From NCBI RefSeq assembly GCF_018350175.1, contig NC_058369.1, positions 17,610,001-17,674,000 on the forward strand: a stretch of DNA of 64,000 bases, read 5' to 3'. Made by a program: the position numbers and the translations under genes. The stretch is from Felis catus (lineage: Eukaryota). Below the pieces are notes generated by a model. It saw nothing but the letters and a program-made list of their open reading frames with translations, had not been told where the DNA came from and did no database searches. Below, one piece after another: positions 35,719 to 49,580 of this stretch. Position 1 is the first letter of the stretch. Each line of letters opens with the position of its first letter.

Positions 35719-38700
35719 ATAATATAACCCTTTTCCTACTCAAAAATTTGCAAACGAGTAAGTCCACTTTACCTGCTATGACTCCTGCAGTGTCTGTGAG
35801 AAACAGGCTGGACGAGATATTTCTTATTTCCAGTTTGTTGGTAATAAAATAACAATGGGCGGGGGAAGGAGTAAATGTCTTTTCAAGGCCCGTATGCCTG
35901 GCAGTAGAAGAGAGTGAACTTTGTGGTGTTTTTTGTTTTTTTTAAGATTAAAAAAAATTTTTTTCTTTTAGATTTATTTTTGATAGAGAGAGACAGAGCA
36001 CAAGTGGCGGAAGGGCAGAGAGAGAAGGAGACACAGAATCCGAAGCAGGCTCCAGGCTCTGAGCTGTCAGCACAGAGCTTGATGCGGGGCTTGAACTCAC
36101 AAACCGTGAGTCGGACACTCAACCGACTGAGCCACCCAGGCGCCCCAAGATTTTTAAATTATTTTTTAAGTAATCTGCACACCCAACATGGGGGGCTTGA
36201 ACTTACAACCCCAAGAGCAAGAGTCACTCTACAGACAGAGCCAGCCAAATGCCCCCAAGAGTATGAACTCTGAAGTTAGGAGGTATAGTTATAACTCCCA
36301 CCTATTTCTTCCAACTCCAAATTCCGTAATGCCTAAATCTTATGAGTTTCAATTTCAGTGTTTTAAAGGTGGTTTGTATTGTCCACCCCAGAATCTGGTT
36401 CTTGCCAAACCTGTAGCAAGTTAGGGTGTGTCCTACCCAAATTTTGAATTCCTGCATTTTTATCTGTAGAGCAATCATTGTATTCAGGACAGCTTCAGAT
36501 GTGTTCACAGTACTATAAATTGTCACATCTGCATATACAGTTACTTATTTTATCAGTAGTCAAAACTATATATTCACTTAATCAAAACCTTTAATTTAGA
36601 ATGTTTCTAATACTGACTCATAGAATCTTAACGTGGAAGCTTACTTTTCCAAAGCTTTCTTGGAATCTGCCAAGCTCAGCTTTGTTTAGGGAAGGTGAAG
36701 AATCCTGGGACGGAGTGCTCTTTCCACGAGCACTAAATAGTAACTCTTTCTACCACTTGAAAAAAAAGTCCCTCAAAACACCAACTTTAAAGGAAACGTT
36801 CAGAAGTTATTGGGTATCACAAATCCTGTAGGTCCCAGTTCTGGATGAATGACTTAAATGGGGACGTGTCGCATGGTTCTGGGAGGTGAAGTATACCTTC
36901 TCAGTACTGTTCTGATTGACCACATTGTCTACCGTGATAGTCTTCAAGATTTTTGCTTTCAGTCCCTCTAAATTTGGTATCCACTTATACATATTTTTAA
37001 GTGAATGTAAAATGTTTCATCCTAAGTTTAAATGGTTACAAATTATTAAATGACTGACTCGTCCAAAAAAGACTTTAAATGTTTATTTATTTTTGAGAGA
37101 CAGAGAAACAGAGCACAAGTTGGGGAGGGGCAGAGAGAGAGAGGGAGACACAGAATCCCAAGCAGGCTCCGGACTCTGAGCTGTCAACACAGAGCCCAAA
37201 ACGGGGCTTGAACTCACAAACTGTGAGAGCATGACCTGAGCTGAAGTCAGACAATTAACCTGCTGAGCCACCAGGCATGCCATGACTGACTCATTTTAAA
37301 TATTGATGTTTTAAGATAAAAATGTTGGGGGTGCCTGGCTGGCTCAGTTGGTGGAGCGTGTGACTCTTGATCTCGGGGTTGTGAGTTGGAGCTCCAAGTT
37401 GGGTGTAGAGATTACTTAAAAATAAAATCCTAATAAGTAAATAAAAATAAAAGTCTTTCTTTAAGATGTATCCAGTGGAATCTACATTGTATGGTGATTT
37501 GATGTCACCACGATAATTTGAAAAACACATGCATGAGCTCACAATTTGAAACTTTCCATACTTTTTCTCCTTGAATGAGTAAAATTTTCATTCAACCTTC
37601 CCCACAACTTTAGGCACAATGTAATTTTGTTTGTTTGTTTATTTATTTATTTTGAAAGAGAGCGAGACAGCACGTGGGAGAATGAGAGGGGGCTCAGTCT
37701 CATGACCATGGGATCATGACCTGAGCTAAAATCGTGTCGGAAACTTAACCAACTGAGCCACCCAGGTGCCCCCAGACCTGTTGTCTTACAAATCTTTTCT
37801 GGTCAGGCTTTTCTAATTTTCTTCAACAGAAATATGCAAATGAACTGATGTTTTCAATTTCCTATGACCACAGGATATAAAGTATTAATAAAATTCTCTT
37901 GGGTTATCATCACAATCGTTAGTAGTATACATTGATCAAACCAAACAGCATATATTACAAATTTTGATAGTTATTTAACCTAGAAGTAACTTTTTATTAG
38001 CTATACATCTCTGAATGTGATGCATGGTGCTGATTGTGTCCAGTTAGTGTGTGTGTGTACCCTTGGATACCACTTGTTACTGGAATCACTCGGGATTTAG
38101 CACCCATTTTATATGTATCCTTTATTTCCACAGATACACACTGAAAAATCATGTTCACATTACGTAAGTAGATGGGAATTAAAATTTTTATTTTAACAGG
38201 GTCACTTACATCGTGGAAGTCCTTCCTAATGACATAAAAAATTACATCATGATACTAAAAACAATTTTAATGATTTGTGAGCTATAATCTATGTTCCTTA
38301 AACTTTGATGAAGTAAGACAATTGGAAACCACCTGACTTCAAAGGGAACTATGATTCAGTCACAGAGCCATTTCCACGGTCAGTGTTTAATAAACGCTCT
38401 GTCCAGATCCACCAAGTAAAACTAGTGGTCTCTGCGGCTTTTTCACTGAGATGAAGCTTATTTAATCTGATATACACAGAAAGGGATGAGAGAATAAAAA
38501 TGTTATTTTCTATGTACCTTTGCCAACATAATATTTTAATAATGTGTTTTACATCGCAAGATTATGTTTTTATTAAAACCTTAAAGTTGCAGAATCAGTT
38601 TATTTGTTGACAATGAAAAACATTTATATTTTGTTTACTGTTTCCTAGGGACTATTTTAAAACTTTATGCAAATGATCTATTTTAATTATCAAAACAAAC

Positions 38701-40025
38701 TTATGAATTAGATATAGTGTTATCCCCAGGTCACTGATCTGGAACATGAAACACTGTCAGATTAAATAACTTGCCAATAGTCACATATCTGATGAGTAGC
38801 AGAGCTGGGATTTGAACTGGCTCTGGGGTCTTTAACTTTTACACCCCACAGTCTCTAATGTTAGTAGCCTCACTAGATGTTTGCCTATCACAGCTTTGCA
38901 GAAAGCTTATTCTTGTTTCTTTATTCTTATGGCAGATTGAGATTCACAGGAGTGAGATGCTGCTTTAGAGAAAGGAAGGAGGGAAAGAAGGAAGACAGGG
39001 AGAAAAAGAGAAGGGAGACGGAGGAAGAGGATGAGGATAATGGTTTTCCAGGTAGGTTGAAAACAAGTCAGAATTCTACCAGCAAGGTAAGAGTGTGCTA
39101 GTCTCCTTATTCCCACCAACGTTAGTAATTTCAGCATTCCCACCTGTTTGATGAGTAGAGGTGATGTGGCATTGTTACTTTATTTTTATTTTTATTTTTA
39201 AAGTTTATTTATTTATTTTGAGAGACAGAGAGAGAGAGTGGGGAAGGGGCAGAGAGGGAGAGAGAGAATCCCAAGCAAGCTCCACACTGTCAGTGCAGAG
39301 CCCAATGTGGGGCTCAAACTCATGAACTGTGAGATCATGACCTGAGCTGAAGCCAGACACTTAACCAACTGAGCCATCCAGGCACCCCTGTTTTTTTTTT
39401 AAGTAGACTTCATGCCCAGTGGAGCCCAACACGGGACTTGAACTCACAACCCGAGATCAAGACCTGAGCTGAGGTCAAGAGTCCTACACTTAACCTTTAA
39501 CCAACTGAGCCACCCAGGTGCCCCTGGCATTGTTACTTTAATATGCATTCAAGTGAATTTGAATATTTTTCTATGAGGCTGTGTCTTTTGGGTTATTCTT
39601 CGTGAATTGAATATTCATACTTTTTTCCTCAGTTTTCCCTTAGTCTTTCCTCAGAAATTCATGAGTTATTACTTCTATGTAACTAATCAAATTTTATAAC
39701 CTGCAAAGTACATTTTACAGATCAATTAGTTATGTGTTAATTGTGTGTATTAATTGTGTTTATAGAATATATTATCACACAAATATTCTTACATGGTATT
39801 TAATCAAGTAATTCCATTATTACGTAGTTTCTGCTTTCTTGTTTGATATGCTTGTCCCTGCCCCTAAATTTTAGATATAGTCATTTGCAAAATTTTATTG
39901 CTTTATATTCTTAATTTAAATGTTTAAGCTGTCTGGATATCTTAAATTGAAATAATTAAGCTCAGTTTTAAATGTGGTGTAAAATAGGACTGTGTTTTTA
40001 AATATTTTACATATACAGGAAGCTA

Positions 40026-40731
40026 TGATGAAGCTCAGGATAGACCCCAAGACCTGAACTTTTCTGCTCACCTGCTTATACCCACCAACCTTTGTCCCAC
40101 ATTTTTTCTTAAACTCTTCTTTCCAGCTTATCTCTTAACTTGGGCAAGAGACCCAAGGGGCATAGCATTGGGGTGAAAACCAAAACTGTCTCTCAAGCAA
40201 TTAATGACTGCCCTGGTGAGGAGCTCTGGCCTGCCCAGACCACTCAGAGCAGTTTGAGCTTAACCCCTGACTCACATCTGCACAGATGGAACATGGAGTA
40301 ACCCATGGAGTGACCGACAGTCACCTTGACCTCATCATAATACTAAACTCCCTGCCCAAGGAGGAATACAAGCCTCATTTACACTGTGTGGATGAGCATG
40401 ACTCCTTAAACTCCGTGTGCTGCTTTATGGCCACCTCTACATATAATGACAGGGATCCCTGTTCTAAATAGTCATCCTAACATTAGGGGCGCCTGGGTGA
40501 CTCAGTCGGTTAAGAGTCCGACTTCAGCTCAGGTCATGATCTCACAATTCGTGGGTTCGAGCCCCACATCAGGCTCTGTGCTGACAGCTCAGAGCCTGGA
40601 GCCTGATTCAGATTCTGTGTCTCCCTCTCTCTCTGCCCCTCCCCCGCTCACACTCTGTCTCTGTCTCTCTCAACAATAAATGGAAAAAACATTTTTAAAA
40701 TTGTTTTAAAAAGAAAGAAAGGAAGGAAGGA

Positions 40732-40795
<64 letters not shown>

Positions 40796-40957
40796 AAAAG
40801 AAACCCATTCACCCTTGCTCAGGGAGTGACAGCTTTGGAGGTTTTTCCCCGTTGATGTCCTTTGCTGCAAATAAAGTTTCCTTTGTGTGACAGTTCCACC
40901 TGGTGTAGTTGCTGTCTGTGGGTCACCAAGGAGCTAAGTCACATTTGTTCAGTTACA
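40026..40957 (+). mobile_element. Solo ERV1-type LTR with an internal SINE and (GAAA)n
   Basis: TG start, AATAAA at 40870, ...gttcagttaCA end. Confidence 0.7.
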
Positions 40958-41399
40958 CTATCTATCAAATTAAATGTCTTTTACTATAAGGTAAACACTA
41001 TATTTTTATATTGTTAGTTTCTTATGAATATAGGGAGATGCTTGTTAATTCTTTATTTTTGTTAACTATGCTATTTCTTCTATTATTGTTGTGTGTTTAA
41101 ATTTATCTTGTATATCCAAAATTTACAATATAAACCCATTCCACTGTTAAGGAATCATGGGAGATTAAAACAGATGTTATGAAATTATATTCAGTTAAAT
41201 ATTAAAAATGTAATAACCCAGAACTAAACTGTGTTTATTCCTAAACCACATAGATCCTATGATCATAGAATGATAAAACAAAGAAACAATTTAACTTTTA
41301 GGCTGAAACAAATCTTAAATGACAATTACCACTGCGATTTTTAAAATTATTCTTCTGATTTAGCCAATGTGAGGAGACAAAAAAGGGAGGAATTAACAG

Positions 41400-41840
41400 T
41401 GAATGGATAAAGAAGATGTGGTATACATATAAAATGGAATATTACTCAGCCATAAAAAAGAATGAAATCTTGCCATTTGCAATGACGTGGATGGAGCTAA
41501 GGACTATTATGCTAAGTGAAATAAGTCAGTCAGAGAAAGACAAATCCATATGATTTCACTCATATGTGGAATTTAAGAGACAAAACAAATGAACATGGGG
41601 GAAAAAGAGAGAGAGAGAGGCAAACCATAAAACAGATTCTTAGTTATACAGAACAAACTGAGGAGGGCAGGTGGGCAGGGGGATGGGTTAAATGGGTGAT
41701 GGGTACTAAGGAGGGCACTGGCTGTGATGAGCCCTGGATGTCATATGTAAGTGATGAATCACTAAATTCTACACCTGAAACTAATATTACACTGTATATT
41801 AACTAACTGGAATTTAAGTAAAAACTTGAAACAAAAAAGC
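41400..41840 (+). mobile_element. Carnivore L1 3' end
   Basis: gaatggataaagaagatgtgg...aatgaaatcttgccatttgc...tactaaggagggcact. Confidence 0.9.
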
Positions 41841-42559
41841 AAACAAACAAAAAACAAACCAAGTAAAACATTCACAGATGAGTGATAATTGTCTTTTAAA
41901 ACAAAATAAGGGGCTCCTGGGTGGCTCAGTCAGTTACGTGTGATTCCAGAGCGACAGGAAGCAGATATCCTCCGATGCAATAAATGAGTGTAGAGAATCT
42001 AATTCCACTTTCCAGAGGGAATTATGGTTCCTTTGAGGAGCCAATTTCCCTGAATGAGTAATTCCATATGCTTTTTTTCCACAAATTTTAGATACCCTGG
42101 CATTTATGATATAAAGAGTGAAATAGAGATACCAGAAAAATAGCGTATAATGGGACTGCCAAGGAGGAAGAATAAGAACCCCCTTTTCCCCCCACTAATG
42201 TCATTTTAACAAAGAGGTAATGTTTGATTAAGTCCAAAACTGTTGAGAGGAAAATCAACGTAACTACACTGAAGCGGCTCCTGAACTAAACGTGAAGGAA
42301 GTTGCGGGGCTGAACAGCCTTCGTGGAACTGTAGTTCTGAAGGATCTAAGAATGGAGGCAAACGCTGTTGTGCAGACAGCCCTATGAAATATTCAGATAT
42401 GAAAAGAAGGAGGAGGGGCACCTGGGTGGCTCAGTCGGTTAAGCGTCCAACTTCGGCTCAGGTCATGATCTCACGGTTCGTGAGTTCGAACCCCGCATAG
42501 GACTCTCTGCTGTCGGTGCAGACCCCTCTTCAGATCCTCTGTCTCTCTCTCTTTGCCCA

Positions 42560-45068
42560 GAGCCACATGCCAGAGTTTGTATCAATCTGTTCCTTATAGT
42601 TAACACATCTCCATAGCTGCTGCCCATGGAATGACCACATGGTTAGCTTTGCAGTAGGTGACTCATCTGCCATGATCCATCTTGTTTCTGCAACAGCCAT
42701 ATTTTGGGCTGTGGTGGTGACTGCATTCCCTTTGTCTTTGAGGCCGCGATTCTACTGGATGCAGAACAGCTCTGCTCTACTTTTGATGAGTCAAGGCAGT
42801 TTCAGGAGCACTCACTTGGCTCTTCCTACCACAGTGAATTTTACTTTCCAGGCCATAGAGCTGGCATGTGGGCTCTGCCAGCAGCCAAGTGTAGCCAATC
42901 AGTCACAGACCAGAGAAATGACCATGAGGTAAATTCACAGAACCATCGGATCCAGCATAAGATGGACTTGAGCTGTGTATCATTTGGTTTCCATATGCCT
43001 CAGTTTAATACGAGGGCTGTGGTTGATTTTTCTTTTTTTTTTTTTAAATTGAAGTGTAGTTGACATATAATATGTTAGTTTCAGGTGTACAATGTGGTGA
43101 TTCGACAATTATATACTTAGGAAATGCTCACCACAAATGTAGCTATCATCTGTCACCGTGCAAAGTTAATACGACATTATTGACTGTATTCCCTACGCTG
43201 TACTTTTTATCCCCGTGACTTATTCAGTTTGTAACTGGAAATTTATACCTATTATGTGACCCTGATAATAGGGCAAGCTCATTGTCTATATCCAACAGCC
43301 CTCAGTATACCTGGGTGTCCCTCTTTCCCCATTGTAGAATTACTTAGGTCCATGGTCATAGGTCAGTCACATTGGCAAAAGGCTAGGCGAATATACGTTT
43401 TTGATACTTGCAGAGGCTCTGTTGGTTCCATTTTCAAGGACACCCAGGTCCCCATTCAAGCAATGGATTCTGTGATCTGGTTTAGATATCAAAATTGTGT
43501 AAGGGCTCACAGTTTTTGGCTTAGTTGCTGACTTGAGTCTTCTGCAATCCCATTCTTTATCATTTCGTCTGTAGAAGGTAAGCAGTGCCATCAATGGCTG
43601 CCCGTCCTATCTCATACCTTTTTGTCACTGACACAAATCCTTGTGGATCGAGGCCCCCAGGTGGCAACGCCAGACTTGTTTCCTCTCACAGTGTTCACAC
43701 CCATCTGGCTTCTGACAGTGAGCTGTGACCATCTGGCTCCTGTTGTATGGAATCCTATCTTCCCCACTGATGCTAGGGAGCCCACTTCTGTAGCCACTTT
43801 CCTGTCCTCACCAGGACCTTCAGAGGACAAAATCTTGCCACTGAGCTTCTCAGTGATGTTGGTGCCTATCTGACTCATGCATTCTGGTTTGCTTTTGTGA
43901 GAGACGTGACCTCTGGTCCCTCTCCAGGACGATACTCAGCTGGGTTATAGTAATCATAATCAGCTCCAGGACCATTCTAGTGGGTTCTCTGTAATCACAT
44001 AATAATTCAATTCATTCTTTCAAAGTTGTTTTTATTTAAGTAATCTCTACACCCAGCATGGGGCTTGAACTCACGAACCCGACATCAAGAGTCGCGTGCT
44101 CTTCTGACTGAGCCAGCCAGGCACCCCTAATAATTCAATTCTTATACATCCCTTTGCTGAAACTCTTACCCTCACTATTTGCCAAGGCAATTCCAACATT
44201 TCCGACTCATTTACCGTGGCATCCTCGTGTCAAATCTCCAAAGAGCTCTCCCAGTGGGGTCAAGAGCCAATGTCATATGTCTTTACACGATGTCAAATCC
44301 TGAGCTATTGCGAGTGCCCTCATATCAAGAAGTACTTCTGTGCCCAGCCTTTTCTCCAGCAGGTGAAAACCCTCACAGTCCACTTCTGCACCTGTTCCCC
44401 AGTGCCCGACAATACAGATGAGACAATACAAATGACAACACAGCACACAGCTCATTTGGTAAATCAGCTCTTTCCTCACCAGGGCTCTGCTGAGACCTGA
44501 ACTTAGTTCCTGGCCTAGAGGCCACGAAGGGGGCATGAGTGGAACTGGAGTTGGGCAGACATCCTCTTGTGGGGCAGCCACTTCAGGAGGCCTTTGTACG
44601 GCCACAGGATAGTGGGAGCCTGCTCTCCTCTCACAAAGGTAAGGGAATTACTTCTGTAGACCCAGAGGGTTTTTAGGGGAATCTAAGGTTCAGTGGTCTC
44701 AGGAAGATCCGGTCTTACTCCATCAGCTTTAATGTCCTAATTTAGCAGAGAAGACCTGGAAGTTCTGTGCATTGACATCCTTTTAACTCCACTGCCCTTG
44801 TAATTAAATCCTGGCCTTAATCTTAGCAGTTTGCCTTCTTGCTACAAGAAATGAGCATCTGGGGGCCCTTGGGTGACTCAGTTGGTTAAGCGTCCGACTT
44901 TGGCTCAGGTCATGATCTCACAGCTTGTAAGTTCGAGCCCCATGGTGGGCTGTGTGCTGATAGCTCAGAGCCTGGAGCCTACTTCAGATTCTGTGTCTCC
45001 TTTCTTTCTGTCCCTCCCTGGCTCATGCTCTGTCTCTCTCTCTCTGTCTCTCAAAAATAAACAAACAT

Positions 45069-45137
<69 letters not shown>

Positions 45138-45850
45138 CTGTTCAAATGCTGTCATGGCAGGATTTTGGTTCTCACAGCACGTCCTTAGGTTATGATCAGC
45201 CAAACACCCAACTCTAGGACCTTCCAATCACTTTCCCCACATACAGTTCAAATTCTAGAGCTAATGCATAAATTAGTGTTTCACTTTCCACCTGTACCTC
45301 ATCCCAATCCACCACATGTCTTTACCAACATGGCACTTAATACTAGCAAAACAGTCCTCACTGTCATCTGACTGACACTTGACCAGTTGCTATACCAATA
45401 GTCTCAGAATTGCTTCTCCCCAAAAGATCCTGAGACTAGGAATTAAATGGCATGCTTTATTTTGAAGATGGTACCCGGTGAGGGGCAGGGGGAGGAGGAT
45501 GAGGAATCAGGGGAAAACGAGACCAGGAAGATAGAAAAGTCATCCACTGTGGCTTTCCTGAGCAGGTCTGTGCTGTCTCCCAATGAGGGAATCTCTGAGA
45601 AGCTGTGTAGAGCAAACTCAGAAGCATCCCAGGTCAGTGTGTGAGGCTGAAACATTTACCCACCAACTCCCGTGCCCCAGTGTGTGAGGACTACCCTCAG
45701 AAGCTTTTACTCCTGTATCCCTGATAGCTGTCTGTGCAGCCATGCAAGGACCCCTCAGGTACTAGAAAGCCTCAGGCAGAGAAAAGATGCCCATACCTGG
45801 GATGTGTAAAGATGATAGCACATTGGGAAGTCCTCTTGCCTTATCTTTAT
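42560..45850 (-). mobile_element. Ancient ERVL (ERV3/LTR16-like) provirus fragment: LTR at about 45390-45850 plus gag/protease internal sequence
   Basis: Minus-strand 43260-43350 reads as a decayed ERVL protease (W-G-K...G-L-L-D...E-L); LTR16-like ctgagactaggaattaaatggcatgctttatttt. Confidence 0.6.
45069..45136 (+). repeat. (GAAA)n tetranucleotide microsatellite on a SINE tail
   Basis: Seen directly; about 16 units. Confidence 0.95.
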
Positions 45851-47496
45851 AGTTGCAGGTGAACTTGGGTGGGCCCAGGGGGCGTAAAAGGGGCAACAGG
45901 CGTGTATGATACATAGCTCAATGCAATCTAAAATTTTTTTAAATGTTTATTTTTGAGAGAGAGACAGAGACAGAGTGCAAGTGGCGGGGGTGGGGGGGCA
46001 GAGGCAGAGAGAGAGGGGGACAGAATCCGAAGCAGGCTCCAGGCTCTGAGCTGTCAGCACAACGTGGGGCTCCAGCTCTCAGACTGTGAGATCATGACCT
46101 GAGCGGAAGTCAGACGCTTAACCGACTGAGCCATTCAGGTGCCCCTCGATGCAATCTAGTAAAAGAACCAGAGGTTCCATCTCCAAAAGGACCATCAGTA
46201 GAACTACTCTATTCCTCTTATTGGGGACCTAAGAAACTTGCCACGCTGCTTAGAGCAAGTTCGGAGAATCATATTTTCTCCAAACCCTTATTAATTTTAG
46301 GAAAAGATATTTTCTCATTGGAAAGTGTTTAACAGGACACTTTGAGATTATGAGATCATATACGTTAGCCGTGGGCATTTACACTTGCATGGTTTAAGAG
46401 CTGCTGATTTTCTTTCACTAGGAAGGTGAAGCTGACCAAATTGAGATAGACTGAAACATCTAATCATAGAGGGAAATTACAGGTTTTCCTAAATTACATG
46501 TCTCTTTCTGTATGAGAGAAAGTATATCAATCATAAAGTAGAATTATAATTTTTTAAAGGCTGATATTAGAAAAAAAAAGACCTTGGAAAATCATAGGTA
46601 CCTCCAAAAGATGTTTTAAATACCAGTTTGCTATGCATGGGCAGAATGTTCCACCAGAAAAACAGTGAAATCAAATTTCAACAGCAGAGTAGATGCTATA
46701 TGGAGGAATATGGCAAAACCATCTTCCCCTTCCGTAATTTAGAGGGATCACTTCTCCTTGCTCATCTGAGGGCCCATGGACTGTCACACCTCATCCTGAG
46801 GGTGACTGCTGGGCAAAGAAAGTCACAAAGTCCAGAGAAACTGGCCCATCTTGATGGGCAGAGCTACAAAGTCTCCCTGTAAAGGAGCCCCCCCCATACA
46901 AGGAGGCATAATCATACCCATTTTTTACCAGACTAGACTTTTCTCTTTCTCTCCCCAGAAACAACTACTCATTAGCATTCAAATTTTTACCAGTCATCTA
47001 TAATTAAGCACTTCCCTAATTTGCATACCTTCCCCTAGAACAGCAAAAGTCTGTTTTCTTTATAAGGCTGTTCAGTAACTGACAGTTGAGAAAGTCCCAT
47101 GGAGGCCTCATCTTGAACTCCATGTGCTTATCAAATATTTTTCTGAAAAATGTCGATCTGTTCAGAAAAAGATAGGAAATAGGCTGGGATTGCGTGGCAA
47201 TATGTATTTTATATTCTTGGATATTTTGTCTTATTCTTTGAGCAGAAATATCTAATTCTCCTGTATTTATTCTCATGAAAGGATGGGAAAATATGCAACA
47301 TGACCAAATGTCTTCCCACGTAAATATCTGGATCTGTAATTGTTACTTCATTCTTCATTTAGGTTGGATGTGTTGATGTTTATCTTGCCCTTTGGCTTAT
47401 TGCTTCAGAGACAAACAAGCGTGTTTGGAATATGTCTAAAATGCACATATCCTCACAAGAAGTAATTTCCCCCCACCTTTGTCAGCATCAGAGAAG

Positions 47497-48668
47497 TGTA
47501 ATTAAAAACAAAATCTCCCAGGGGCAGATTTGGCTGGCTCAGTCGGTGGAGCATGCAGTCTTGCTCTTGGGGTTGTGAGTTTGATATAGAGATTACTTAA
47601 AATAAAAATCTTAAAAAAAAAAATCTCCCAACCCAGGAAGCCTCTCCACAAAGGTAGAAGAAAAAGAGGGGCTCCTGGGTGGCTCAGTCAGTTAACCGTC
47701 TGACTTCAGCTCAGGTCATGATCTCACAGCTTGTAAGCTCAAGCCCCGTGTTGGGCTCTGTGCTGACAGCTGGGAGCCTGGAGCCTGCTTCGGATTCTGT
47801 GTCTCCCTCTCTCTCTACCCCTTGCCCACTCACACTCTGTCTGTCTGTCTCTCTCTCAAAAATAAACATGAAAAAAAAATTTAGAAGGAAAAGAGAATTT
47901 TATTGTTGAATAAGTATCAAGCCAGAAAGAATGTGGTGTGGATCACAGGCAATCCATGAAGAGATTACAAAGACAGAAAGAAGTCTCAGCCTTTGATGTG
48001 GCCCAGCAGATACCCATTACATACATGTTCTCAAGATAGACAATAAATGACTAGTCATCCAGCAAGAAGACATGACAGCACCATTTATTACATGGTTCAC
48101 CCTAAGTTCACCTGGTAATGGGGTAAACATCTGTGTTGGTTCGTTGGTTTCATACAAAGGAAAAATAAACTCTTCATGAAAGGAGATACTTTTTCAACTG
48201 GGAGCAAGGTACCCACCGAAGTTAGGCTCCTGCCCTCCCACAGAAACTGCGAGATAGGGGTACTATCTCCCTGGATGTTTACATTTCAAAGACCTGGCTC
48301 CCAGGTCCTTGAGAAAGACCTACCTTGGTCATAAAGACCTACCTGGGTCCTAAAGCTGGAAAGAATCTTATTTGTTTGTTGTTTTCCAGTATACTTAACA
48401 TGCAGTGTTGTATGAGTTTCAGGTGTACAATATAGTGATTCAACAATTCTATACATTACTCAGTGCCTGTCACGGTAAGGGTACTCTGGCAAGGGTCTCA
48501 TTTAACCTCTAAAAAGATTTTATACACTTCATAGAGACAGAGAAAGGACATACAGTTGCCAAATTTCCAAAGTTAATGCTCTGGTAAAAAGGGAAGGGAA
48601 GGAAATTTTTTCCTTCGTTTTCAACAGGGAAAATTAAGTCTCCTCTCTCATTTGTGTTTGTCCTTACA
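47497..48668 (-). mobile_element. ERV1-type solo LTR interrupted by two SINEs and an L1 tail
   Basis: TGTAA...TTACA termini; tttatt poly(A) signal on the minus strand at about 47899. Confidence 0.6.
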
Positions 48669-49199
48669 TCAAGCAGGAGCCCTTCCGTGTCAGCCATGGT
48701 TGTTAGCGACTGTGGCATCAGGGTACTCGCTGTTCCCATCAGCTTAAAATATATCCAGCCATTCCTTCATTCATTGGATTATAATTAAATCTCCTGTTTC
48801 CAGAAACAAGCCTGGACTTGGTTGATTCAAAAGTGAGTCAGAGACAGATTCCTTTGATCCAAGAAATTATATTCTGTTGAGGGAGAGACACAATAAACAG
48901 ATAAGCAAATAAATGTACCTAATAATTTATTTAAAAGTGAATTACAGGTGCTGTTAAAAGTATGAAGACAAAATAGCAAAAAGGGCCATACTTGGGCAAC
49001 TGGGTGTCTCAGCCGGTTGAGCATCCAAATCTTGATTTCACCTCAGGTCATGATCTCACAGTTTGTGAATTCCAGTCACACGTTGGGCTCAGTGCAGAAC
49101 CTCTCCCTCTCTCTGCCCCCTCCCACTCACGAACACGCCCTCTCCCTCTCCCTCTCTCTTTCAAAATAAATAAATAAACTTTAAGAAAGATTTTTTTAA

Positions 49200-49580
49200 A
49201 TATGAAATTTATTGTCAAATTGGTTTCCATACAACACCCAAAGCTCATCCCAACAGGTCCCCTCCTCAATACCCATCACACACCCTCCCCTCCCTCCCGA
49301 CCCCCACCAACCCTCAGTTTGTTCTCAGTTTTTAAGAGTCTCTTATGTTTTGGCTCCCTCCCTCTATAACCTTTTTTTTTTCCCTTCCCCTCCCCCATGG
49401 TCTTCTGTTAAGTTTCTCAGGATCCACATAAGAGTGAAAACATGGTATCTGTCTTTCTCTGTATGACTTATTTCACTTAGCATAACACTCTCCAGTTCCA
49501 TCCACGTTGCTACAAAAGGCCATATTTCATTCTTTCTCGTTGCCATGTAGTATTCCATTGTATATATAAACCACAACTTC
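49200..49580 (-). mobile_element. Young 5'-truncated felid L1 inserted in a SINE tail
   Basis: Felid L1 3' end (tgttgtatggaaaccaatttgacaataaatttcata); ~19-nt TSD taagaaagatttttttaaa. Confidence 0.92.

Noticed and set aside
36897..36967. Alternative frame ...DYHGRQC resembling a Kazal terminal exon
   Set aside because: The spacing does not fit the G-x-C pattern and no partner Kazal core exon was found upstream.
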